Assembly (NCBI GenBank): GCA_029856125.1
Contig: JAHQWJ010000134.1
Span: 21,783-85,782, forward strand
DNA length: 64,000 nt
DNA from: Promethearchaeia archaeon
Lineage (GTDB): Archaea; Asgardarchaeota; Lokiarchaeia; Sigyniarchaeales; SOKP01
Reading direction: 5' to 3'
A program made the position numbers and the translations under genes. The notes below the pieces were generated by a model. That model had not been told where the DNA came from. It ran no database searches and saw only the letters and a list, made by a program, of their open reading frames with translations. The first letter of the stretch is position 1. Each line of letters starts with the position of its first letter. Positions 11,359 through 19,239 of this stretch are shown one piece after another.

Positions 11359-11433
11359 TATAGATTCATCTCAAGTTAGCGTTTAAATTTATCTTTTTTT
11401 AGGAATACAATTAAAAATTAGTTATTTAAATGT

Positions 11434-11464
11434 AATAAAATTTATGAGCTAAATTGTAAGGTTT
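11434..11464 (+). repeat. Direct repeat A, copy 1
   Basis: AATAAAATTTATGAG is an exact 15-nt match to 13464-13478, and similarity continues (..TAAA...TAAGG(G)TTT). Confidence 0.6.
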
Positions 11465-12017
11465 CAAATTACTATATCATCATGGAATCTAGTTAAGTCG
11501 AGTGGAAAAATAGTTGAATTAAAAGTATAATATATAGAAGTATAACACTTGTCTTGGGAACAATCACAAAATAAAATTTAACTGGAAGTATTGTTATTGC
11601 GACAGGTACAGCAGTTTTTACAGAATTAGTTCAAGGAATAAACTATTTGATTTAATTAATGCATGATTATCATTACAAAATGTTTTAGAGTTTTAAATAT
11701 AAGGTTTATTTTAAAAATAATTAGTTTTCTATTTGAAATCTTATAAAATATTTAATTCTCAATTCTCTGTATTTATAAAATTATATATTTACGCAAAAAA
11801 TTAAATAACAACGCTCCTTTATATATATTATATATATTGAGTATTTGATATTCTCACATCTGTAATCTTTTTTAGGAATTTGGCTTAAAAGATAATAATA
11901 AGAAAGGCACTGCTTGTATCAAATTAATTTTTGCCTACATTCGATAGAAAAAAGCTAAATTGTTAATTATAATATGACTAACTTCTTAAGGTAGAATTAG
12001 CAATCAAATACTCTCAT

Positions 12018-13367
12018 GTGATATTTTCGCAAAAAAATAAAAAAAATAAGAGAGTGATAATAATAAGGACAAAAATTATTGAGAAATTAATAACTATGAA
12101 CGAGATTTCTTCAACTATCCAACAAATTTTTAAATCTGAATTCAGGATTTCTAAAAATTCTATTATCTCTGAGGAATACCTATTAATTATAGGTCATAGT
12201 GAAGAAGGTCTTATTTCAGTGGTTCAGGCTTCAATAAATAATAATTTTGAGAGGACTCGCATATCCATATTGGTGTTCAACCCTCATTCATTAGCTGAAG
12301 AATTAAATATACAACAAGAATCGCATAACTTTTTAAGCTTAATTGAAGGAAAATTGATTCGATCAGTAAAGGAGGGCGTTAAAAATAAATTTTGTAACCC
12401 ATTTACAGAACTTTCTAAATTTCAATTAGAGAAAACTCAAGAAAAAAGGAAGATATTTTCGCTCGAAACGAGTATACTAAATGAAATAGTTAAGCACTTA
12501 TATCATATAAATGACTTTTCAGATGAAATTATGAAATTTCCTTTTTCTATAAACCATATTGAAGGAAAGTGGGAAGAATGGGATAAAATTTATTTTCCAT
12601 ATATTGAATTAATTGAAAATAATATAATTAAGACTTATACAAAAGATACAAAAGTGTATCGCAATTATAATTTTGCTGAAAATGGTGATAGTTTTCAAAG
12701 AATAATAGATCTATTGATAGTTACTAAAAAAGAATCTATCCCAGAACTCAAAAATAAAGGTACTGAAGAAATAAATCCCTTTGATTATGAGATTAGTTTT
12801 ATTTATTGTAATAGAATGTCTAAACCATTTAAATATATGAATTTATTAAAATTTGTGAATGAAATTAAGTCATTTTCGGAGAAATTCAAAAATGATAAAA
12901 AAAATAAATGTAATATTATCATTCCACAATTAATTTTAGTATCCCAATTTGGATATGACATAGGAATTAAGGATTATTTGAGAACCCATCTGGTTAGAGA
13001 AGTAGATTATACTATTCCTTTAATGCTAATACCTCCTTTCAATGGTGATGATGAAGTGTGGCATAATTTTATCGAAAATGAGGATTCAAAACCACAAAAA
13101 CGAAACGATTTGGAAAATATTATACGAATAGGTAATAGTGAGCATTCATCATCTTCATTTAAAAATAATATGGTAAAATCGGCAAAAAGCGAATATAGCC
13201 AAATAATTGCAAGAAATAAATTGGCTAAATTCGATAGTGACTTTTTAAATAAGTGGCATTTGATACTCGATGTTTCTAAATCAAAGGAAATTCTAAAAAC
13301 CAATGAAGATAATGAGAAATTTGGCAAAAACATTAATATCGTAAAAGATGAGGTACCTATTTATTAA
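12018..13367 (+). CDS. Hypothetical protein with a possible degenerate PD-(D/E)xK (Mrr-like) nuclease fold; alternative start at ATG 12096
   Basis: IIDLLIV...FIYCNRMSK...LILVSQFGYD follows the Mrr_cat pattern (iDll...vqcKr...gilvttsgF), but the ExK residues are replaced. Confidence 0.6.
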   Translation: MIFSQKNKKNKRVIIIRTKIIEKLITMNEISSTIQQIFKSEFRISKNSIISEEYLLIIGHSEEGLISVVQASINNNFERTRISILVFNPHSLAEELNIQQESHNFLSLIEGKLIRSVKEGVKNKFCNPFTELSKFQLEKTQEKRKIFSLETSILNEIVKHLYHINDFSDEIMKFPFSINHIEGKWEEWDKIYFPYIELIENNIIKTYTKDTKVYRNYNFAENGDSFQRIIDLLIVTKKESIPELKNKGTEEINPFDYEISFIYCNRMSKPFKYMNLLKFVNEIKSFSEKFKNDKKNKCNIIIPQLILVSQFGYDIGIKDYLRTHLVREVDYTIPLMLIPPFNGDDEVWHNFIENEDSKPQKRNDLENIIRIGNSEHSSSSFKNNMVKSAKSEYSQIIARNKLAKFDSDFLNKWHLILDVSKSKEILKTNEDNEKFGKNINIVKDEVPIY

Positions 13368-13392
13368 GGTATTATTCCACAATCATAGAATA

Positions 13393-13464
13393 TTATTTGA
13401 ACATTTCCATAAAAGCTCCAAGTCGAGTTTTTACTTCCTCTACATTTTCTCCTATTTTATTAAA
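13393..13464 (-). pseudogene. Remnant 1 of the dehydratase alpha-subunit 3' end
   Basis: Minus strand reads FNKIGENVEEVKTRLGAFMEMFK*, versus FNKIGDNVEQVKTRLGAFMEMFKY* at the end of 19240..20598. Confidence 0.9.
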
Positions 13465-13495
13465 ATAAAATTTATGAGGTAAAGAATAAGGGTTT
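13464..13495 (+). repeat. Direct repeat A, copy 2
   Basis: Matches 11434-11464. Confidence 0.6.
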
Positions 13496-13510
13496 ATGAT
13501 TTTATCTGAA
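13490..13510 (+). repeat. Direct repeat B, copy 1
   Basis: GGGTTTATGATTTTATCTGAA versus GGGTTTATGATTTTATTCTGAA at 15929-15950; 16 nt exact. Confidence 0.7.
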
Positions 13511-13630
13511 CATCTTCATAAAAACTCCAAGATGAGTTTTTATTTCTTCGATTTTTTCGCCAATTTTATTAGATATAATTGTTAATGATGGTATTTCAAG
13601 TACTCAACATAATTTTTCTTTTAACATAAC
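13502..13630 (-). pseudogene. Remnant 2 (more decayed) of the dehydratase alpha-subunit 3' end
   Basis: Minus strand reads VMLKEKLC*VLEIPSLTIISNKIGEKIEEIKTHLGVFMKMFR*, versus AMLREKVRRELEIPITAITFNKIGDNVEQVKTRLGAFMEMFKY*; it contains an internal TGA. Confidence 0.85.
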
Positions 13631-13654
13631 TTACTACTCTTAGAAGTTTTATTC

Positions 13655-13670
13655 TAATACTCGAGTATTA
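13655..13670. promoter_or_regulatory. Perfect 16-bp palindrome, candidate operator upstream of the ATP-grasp gene
   Basis: TAATACTCGAGTATTA is its own reverse complement and lies ~135 bp upstream of ATG 13806. Confidence 0.35.
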
Positions 13671-13772
13671 TCTCGGATTTGAAAGTATTTATATTTCATG
13701 GTTTCCATCTTGGAATTCGAATGTTTCCCCAAATATAAGAGTTAAGCAAGATTTAATTGTGTATTATAAACC

Positions 13773-13791
13773 AAGAAAATGAAAATATGAA
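13773..13791 (+). repeat. Direct repeat C, copy 1
   Basis: AAGAAAATGAAAATATGAA is identical at 15975-15993. Confidence 0.7.
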
Positions 13792-13805
13792 AAAATCTGA
13801 TCAAG

Positions 13806-14792
13806 ATGACTAAGGAAAAAATAAAAATTTGCGTACTTGAGAAAAAACGAGGAAATTTTTCAATACAAGAGAAATTTGCTAAAAACGAAAATATTATCGA
13901 TACAACTAATCAAGAAGTAGAACATCATTTAAGTGCTTTAAATGAAGCGGGTTATGATGTAAAAATATTAAAATGGAATGACAATATAATTTATGATTTA
14001 AAAAGTCTTGACATTGATATCGTATTTAATGTATCCAGCATTGTTGAAACAGCTATTTTAGAAGAATTAGAGATACCTTATGTAGGGTCTGATATTTTTG
14101 GATGCGTTATAGCAACCGATAAGGTTCTTACTAAAGACTTGTGGTTTAAAAAAGGATTACCAACATCACCTTATATTTTAGCAAGATCAAAAGAGGATTG
14201 TGAAATTTTTAAGAAAAACAAGCCATTTGATTATCCTTTATTTATAAAACCCTCTCAAGGGAGAGGAAGTTCTGGAATCGATGAATCCTCACTTATCTAT
14301 TCATATAACGAATTAATTAAAGGAGTTGAAAAAAGATTAAACACAATAAATCAACCTGTTCTTATTGAAAAATTTTTAAGAGGTAGGGAAATAACATGTG
14401 GAATTATTGGTAATGGAAATCAGATTAAAGCCTTACCTTTATTAGAAATAATACACAAGGAAAAGGAAAAATTCTTGACATTTAATAAAAAAGAGTTAGA
14501 TGACGATAAATTCCAATGCCCTGCAAAATTAACTCCGAAACAGTCTAAAGAATTACAGAAATTAGCTATTTCAGCATTTCAAGCGATAAATCTTAGAGAT
14601 TATGGTCGTGTAGACATCATCTTATCAGAAGAAGGTCCTTTTTTATTAGAAATAAATTGTTTTGCAGGATTAATGTGTACACCAAAAGATAAACCTCATA
14701 GTTACATGGGCTTTATGGCAATTGCAGAAAACAAAAAAAGTAGTGAATTCTTAGATGAAATTATAAAAGAAGCATTAAAAAGAATTGGATAA
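13806..14792 (+). CDS. D-Ala-D-Ala ligase-like ATP-grasp amide ligase
   Basis: IPYVGS, DKVLTK, YPLFIKPSQGRGSSGI, LIEKFLRGREITCG, YGRVD and LEIN motifs. Confidence 0.85.
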   Translation: MTKEKIKICVLEKKRGNFSIQEKFAKNENIIDTTNQEVEHHLSALNEAGYDVKILKWNDNIIYDLKSLDIDIVFNVSSIVETAILEELEIPYVGSDIFGCVIATDKVLTKDLWFKKGLPTSPYILARSKEDCEIFKKNKPFDYPLFIKPSQGRGSSGIDESSLIYSYNELIKGVEKRLNTINQPVLIEKFLRGREITCGIIGNGNQIKALPLLEIIHKEKEKFLTFNKKELDDDKFQCPAKLTPKQSKELQKLAISAFQAINLRDYGRVDIILSEEGPFLLEINCFAGLMCTPKDKPHSYMGFMAIAENKKSSEFLDEIIKEALKRIG

Positions 14793-14834
14793 CTTTCGTT
14801 CAAACTAAAAACAAACTGTATTATGTGAAGTAAA

Positions 14835-15920
14835 ATGCCAATACTTGAAATAAATTTGAGAAAAATTAGACATAACGCAAAATTATTAAAGAATCTTTTA
14901 ACTCAGCGAAATGTATCTATTATTGGAATTACAAAACTTGTCTTAGGAAACCCTACTATTGCAATGACGTTGGTTCAAGGAGGAATAGAGTATTTAGGAG
15001 ATTCACGAATTAACAATATTATTAAAATGAAAAAAAAAAATATTAGAGCTCAATTTGTTTTAATTCGTATTCCAAGCATTACTGAAATTCCTCTTGTTGT
15101 TAAATACGCAAATTATAGCCTAAATTCAGAATTAAAGACCATAAGAATGCTTTCAAATGAAGCCGTTAAACAAAAAAAGATACATAATATAATTCTAATG
15201 GTAGATATGGGAGATTTAAGAGAAGGAATAAATATATTCAATATTGAATTTTTTGTCGAAGAGATTTTAAAACTAAAAAATATAAATTTAAGTGGAATTG
15301 GTACAAATTTCAAATGTTTTGGTGGTATCATCCCGACAGATGAAAATATGAATGAATTTTCAAAATTAGTCTTTAGGATCAAGGATAAATTTGAATTGGA
15401 ATTAGAATTTGTTTCAGGAGGAAATTCTGCAAATTTTAATTGGTTTAAATCGTGTAAAAACATTGGTGAAATAAATAATTTTAGAATTGGGGAAGCCATG
15501 TTTCTAGGAAAAGAAACGATAAATTATGAACCAATTCCAAATCTCTATACAGACGCTTTTAAGTTAATAACAGAGATTGTTGAGTTAAAACAAAGATCTG
15601 TAATCCCCAAAGGGATTATTGTATCAAATGCATTTGGGGAACGTGTCCAAACTTCCCATAAAAAAATTAACAATGGTAAAAAAAGCGATATAATTAGAAC
15701 ACAAGCACTTTTAAATATAGGTAGACAAGATATTGCAGTAAAAGGATTAAATCCGAAAGAAAGTATTAATATTCTTGGAGCTTCAAGCGACTACTTAGTT
15801 GTAGATATAAGAGATAATCAATTTCAGATTGGACAAAAATTGCATTTTGATTTGAATTATGAAGCTCTTTTAAGAGCAATGACTAGTCCCTATATCCATA
15901 AGAAATTTATCGATATTTAA
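14835..15920 (+). CDS. PLP-dependent alanine/ornithine racemase family enzyme (Orr/YhfX-like)
   Basis: GITK (PLP lysine), LGDSRINN, MVDMGDLREG, GTNFKCFGG, SGGNS, RIGEA, GRQD and GASSDY motifs. Confidence 0.88.
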   Translation: MPILEINLRKIRHNAKLLKNLLTQRNVSIIGITKLVLGNPTIAMTLVQGGIEYLGDSRINNIIKMKKKNIRAQFVLIRIPSITEIPLVVKYANYSLNSELKTIRMLSNEAVKQKKIHNIILMVDMGDLREGINIFNIEFFVEEILKLKNINLSGIGTNFKCFGGIIPTDENMNEFSKLVFRIKDKFELELEFVSGGNSANFNWFKSCKNIGEINNFRIGEAMFLGKETINYEPIPNLYTDAFKLITEIVELKQRSVIPKGIIVSNAFGERVQTSHKKINNGKKSDIIRTQALLNIGRQDIAVKGLNPKESINILGASSDYLVVDIRDNQFQIGQKLHFDLNYEALLRAMTSPYIHKKFIDI

Positions 15921-15928
15921 ATTTACAT

Positions 15929-15993
15929 GGGTTTATGATTTTATTCTGAATGGTAACAAAACACATTTTAAAAGAAGAAAATGAAAATATGAA
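15929..15993 (+). repeat. Direct repeats B (15929-15950) and C (15975-15993), copy 2
   Basis: A shortened copy of the 13490-13791 intergenic region. Confidence 0.7.
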
Positions 15994-16338
15994 TATTTTT
16001 TTTATTTAGTAAGGATAAATTTAAATTTATTGAAAAAAGTTCTAAAAAGCATCCATATTATTACATTAGACTCTTAATTTACTTAAAAGACGTAAAATTT
16101 TAAATAATGTGACTGATTTAATAAGAATAGGAAAAATTTTGCATTGAAACTTAAAACGGTATAATTATCTAAATATTAGAATATATTTTTGTATCCAATA
16201 TATTAGGGATATAATTAGAACAACTGGTTTTTTACTGTTATTATTCTATAGAATACTAATAATCACTATTCTGTAATCCAGTAAGTTTCTTTAATGCTTA
16301 TTTCAAATATTGTTTGAAGGGTGTTTTATTCAATAAAG

Positions 16339-18075
16339 ATGACTAACGCTTATTTAGAGAAAAAAAAAAATACAAGGATCTTAACAGCATGTATAGGACA
16401 ATGCGTGCATGTAGCAGGTACATATAATTTCATTCAAATTTCAAAACAGTTGGGTTATAATAATATATTTTTAGGACCTGCTACCCCTATTTCAATTGTT
16501 ATAGATCAAATTAAAAAGTATGACCCTAACATTGTAGGACTTAGTTATCGTTTAACGGCAGACACTGTTAGACCTTTACTAAATGAATTTTTTAAAAATT
16601 TTATAAAATTAGAGAAAAAACCAAAAAAATTATTTTTTGCTGGAACACCTGAAGTAGTTGAGATCGCAAGAAAATATGAATGGTTCGATGAATATTTTGT
16701 TGGAGGAGAATCAAAATTTGAATTAATTTCTATCTTGAGAAATGAGAAATTAAAATCAGAAAGTAAAACAGAAGTCCCTATGGATATTATTTCTCGAATA
16801 CAATGGAAGAAACCTTATCCTGTAATTAGAGCGCACTTTGGATTACCTAATTTCAATGAAACAATAGAAGGAATAAAAAAAATTGCTAAAGCTAAAGTCT
16901 TAGATGTTATTTCAATTGCGCCCGATCAAAATACGCAAGCAAATTACTTCCACCCTGAAAATCAAGATAAAAAATTATCCGGAGCGGGTGGGGTTCCTTT
17001 GCGTACTCAGCAAGATTTCGAAAAGCTCCATCAAGCAAGATTAACCGGAAACTATCCGATGTTAAGGATATATGCTGGAACACGCGATTTCATTAAATTA
17101 GGAAAATTGTATCGAGATACAATTCAAAATGCCTGGGCAGCAATCCCTATTTTTTGGTTTAATCAAATGGATAGAAGGGGGCCGTTAACTTTAAAAGAAT
17201 CGATTAAACAGCATCTAAACGCAATAAAGTGGCACGGAAAGTACAATATTCCCGTTGAAGTAAACGATCCACATCAATGGAGCCTTCGAAATGCTCCAGA
17301 TGCTATAGCTGTTGCCGATATGTATTTATGTGGAATTATAGCGAAAAAATTAGGCGTCAAAAATTATATAGCACAGTATATGTTTAATACACCTCCATCA
17401 AGTTCACTTGATATGGACTTAGCAAAAATTCTCGCTAAAGATGAGTTACTTCAAACGTTATCCAATGAGAATTTTACGATAATTAAGCAAGTTCGGACGG
17501 GATTAGCAAGTTTCCCATTAGATTTGGATAAAGCAAAAGGACAACTTGCTACAGCGACATTTGTTCAATTAGCTATTAGACCAGACATTGTTCATGTAGT
17601 TAGTTATTCTGAAGCTAGTCATACAGCTCGTCCAGAAAATGTAATAGAAAGTTGTAAAATTGTGGATCAAGTAATAGATAGAGTTTATTCCAGTAAAATT
17701 AACATTATAGATAAAAAAATTGAGGAAAGGAAAGAAGAATTAATAAGACAAGCCAAATGGATAGTTGACTTAATACCACATTTAACAAAAAATGAAGATG
17801 AATCGAAAAGTCCATATACCAATTATGAAGTCTTAAATCGACTCGTAAAATATGGTATATTTGATGCTCCACATTTGAAAAATAATAAATTTGCTTTGGG
17901 TAAAATTAAAACCAAAATAATTAATGGTGCTTGCTATTCATGGAATGAATCTCAGCAAAAAATTTACGATGAAATTGAAAGAATAAAAGACATTATTTTT
18001 AATAGCCCATTTAAAAATTCTTGTGACTCATTACAACAAAAAGAAAAATCCATCACAAAGGTGTTGGATAAATGA
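16339..18075 (+). CDS. Cobalamin-binding protein; putative single-chain glutamate-mutase-like (sigma+epsilon fusion) AdoCbl enzyme (frame is open from GTG 16321)
   Basis: N-terminal B12 Rossmann domain (CVHVAG = DxHxxG variant, LGP, VGLS, FAG). The C-terminal barrel segments GVKNYIAQY, FPLDLDKAKGQLATAT and SEASH recall glutamate mutase E. Confidence 0.75.
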   Translation: MTNAYLEKKKNTRILTACIGQCVHVAGTYNFIQISKQLGYNNIFLGPATPISIVIDQIKKYDPNIVGLSYRLTADTVRPLLNEFFKNFIKLEKKPKKLFFAGTPEVVEIARKYEWFDEYFVGGESKFELISILRNEKLKSESKTEVPMDIISRIQWKKPYPVIRAHFGLPNFNETIEGIKKIAKAKVLDVISIAPDQNTQANYFHPENQDKKLSGAGGVPLRTQQDFEKLHQARLTGNYPMLRIYAGTRDFIKLGKLYRDTIQNAWAAIPIFWFNQMDRRGPLTLKESIKQHLNAIKWHGKYNIPVEVNDPHQWSLRNAPDAIAVADMYLCGIIAKKLGVKNYIAQYMFNTPPSSSLDMDLAKILAKDELLQTLSNENFTIIKQVRTGLASFPLDLDKAKGQLATATFVQLAIRPDIVHVVSYSEASHTARPENVIESCKIVDQVIDRVYSSKINIIDKKIEERKEELIRQAKWIVDLIPHLTKNEDESKSPYTNYEVLNRLVKYGIFDAPHLKNNKFALGKIKTKIINGACYSWNESQQKIYDEIERIKDIIFNSPFKNSCDSLQQKEKSITKVLDK

Positions 18076-19178
18076 GATTCTGTGTCATTGGAGCCGGAAA
18101 CGGTGGTCGAGCGTTTGCGGCATATTTATCATCTAAAGGAAATTCTGTGAACCTTTATAACCGTTCATACTCTAGAATTTATGAAATCAAAAAGAAGGGA
18201 GGTATAAAAGCAAAAGGAAAATTAAAAGGTTTTTTTCCCATTGATCTAATTACACAAAAACTACACTTGGCAGTTAAGGATGCAGATATTATTTTAATAG
18301 TAACTCCTGCTTCAGCACATAAAAATATTGCTAAAAACATTGCACCTTTTTTAACAAACGATCAGATAATATTGTTGAATCCAGGTAGAACTTTTGGAGC
18401 AGTAGAGGTTAGAAGTATAATAGAAAAGGAAAGAGGGAATCTCCCTATTTTCATTGCTGAAACCCAAACATTACTTTTTACATCAAGACAATTGAAAAAA
18501 AACAAGGTTCAAATTCTTACACTTAAGGATTCTGTTGAATTTTCGGCTTTTCCAGAGAAGGATACATTTTTCATCAGCGATACATTGAGAGATGTTTTTC
18601 CCCAAATGAAACCTAATGATAATTATCTGCAAGTTACATTAAATAATATTGGGATGTTATTGCATCCAACTCTATCATTAATGAACGCTAGTGCAATAGA
18701 TTATGGAAGAAAGTTCAAATTTTATGCACAAGGGGCATCTTCACATACATGTGAAATTCTTGAGACGCTCCAAATGGAATTCAGAAAGATTTTTGATAAG
18801 TTAAATTTAAAACAAATAAATTTTTGTAAATGGGTGGAGAAATCTTATGGATTTAAAGCAAACAGTATCTATAAAGCTATTCAAAAAGTAAAAGCATATA
18901 AAAACATTGTTGCTCCAAAAGAATTAATAACTAGATATTTCACTGAAGATATTCCAACTGGACTTGTACCTATGGCGTCAATAGGAGAATTCTTAGAAAT
19001 TTCTACACCTATAATTGATTCTATCATAAATTTATCTTCGATTTTATGTGGAATTGATTTTAAAAAAGAGGGAAGAAACATTATGAACTTAAATTTGGCT
19101 GACTATATAACGAAACAAATGAAAGGAGAAGAAGCGTTTGAAATAGAAAAAAGTTCAAAAGCACAAATCAGTACTTAA
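18072..19178 (+). CDS. NAD/NADP octopine/nopaline (opine) dehydrogenase family protein
   Basis: GAGNGG Rossmann motif, LNPGRTFG, LNNIGMLLHP, FKFY and RYFTEDIPTGLVP motifs; 4-bp ATGA overlap with the B12 gene. Confidence 0.92.
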   Translation: MRFCVIGAGNGGRAFAAYLSSKGNSVNLYNRSYSRIYEIKKKGGIKAKGKLKGFFPIDLITQKLHLAVKDADIILIVTPASAHKNIAKNIAPFLTNDQIILLNPGRTFGAVEVRSIIEKERGNLPIFIAETQTLLFTSRQLKKNKVQILTLKDSVEFSAFPEKDTFFISDTLRDVFPQMKPNDNYLQVTLNNIGMLLHPTLSLMNASAIDYGRKFKFYAQGASSHTCEILETLQMEFRKIFDKLNLKQINFCKWVEKSYGFKANSIYKAIQKVKAYKNIVAPKELITRYFTEDIPTGLVPMASIGEFLEISTPIIDSIINLSSILCGIDFKKEGRNIMNLNLADYITKQMKGEEAFEIEKSSKAQIST

Positions 19179-19239
19179 ATTTGTTTTACTTTATGACGTT
19201 ATTATTAAACTTAATTTCTTCCATAATAAGGATTAGTAT

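Noticed and set aside
11480-11660. Broken reading frame containing ...TGSIVIATGT..., reminiscent of a flavoprotein motif
   Set aside because: Too short and interrupted by stops and a frameshift to assign a family.
13604-13606. In-frame TGA in remnant 2 as possible selenocysteine
   Set aside because: It aligns with Arg in the intact gene, within a decayed fragment; it is a nonsense mutation.
13806-15920. Peptidoglycan synthesis (ddl + alr)
   Set aside because: The racemase is Orr/YhfX-type rather than Alr, there are no mur genes, and the context is archaeal.
11434-15993. Island repeats as a CRISPR array or integron attC sites
   Set aside because: Each repeat has only two copies, spacing is irregular and kilobase-scale, there is no attC-like dyad, and no cas or integrase gene is present.
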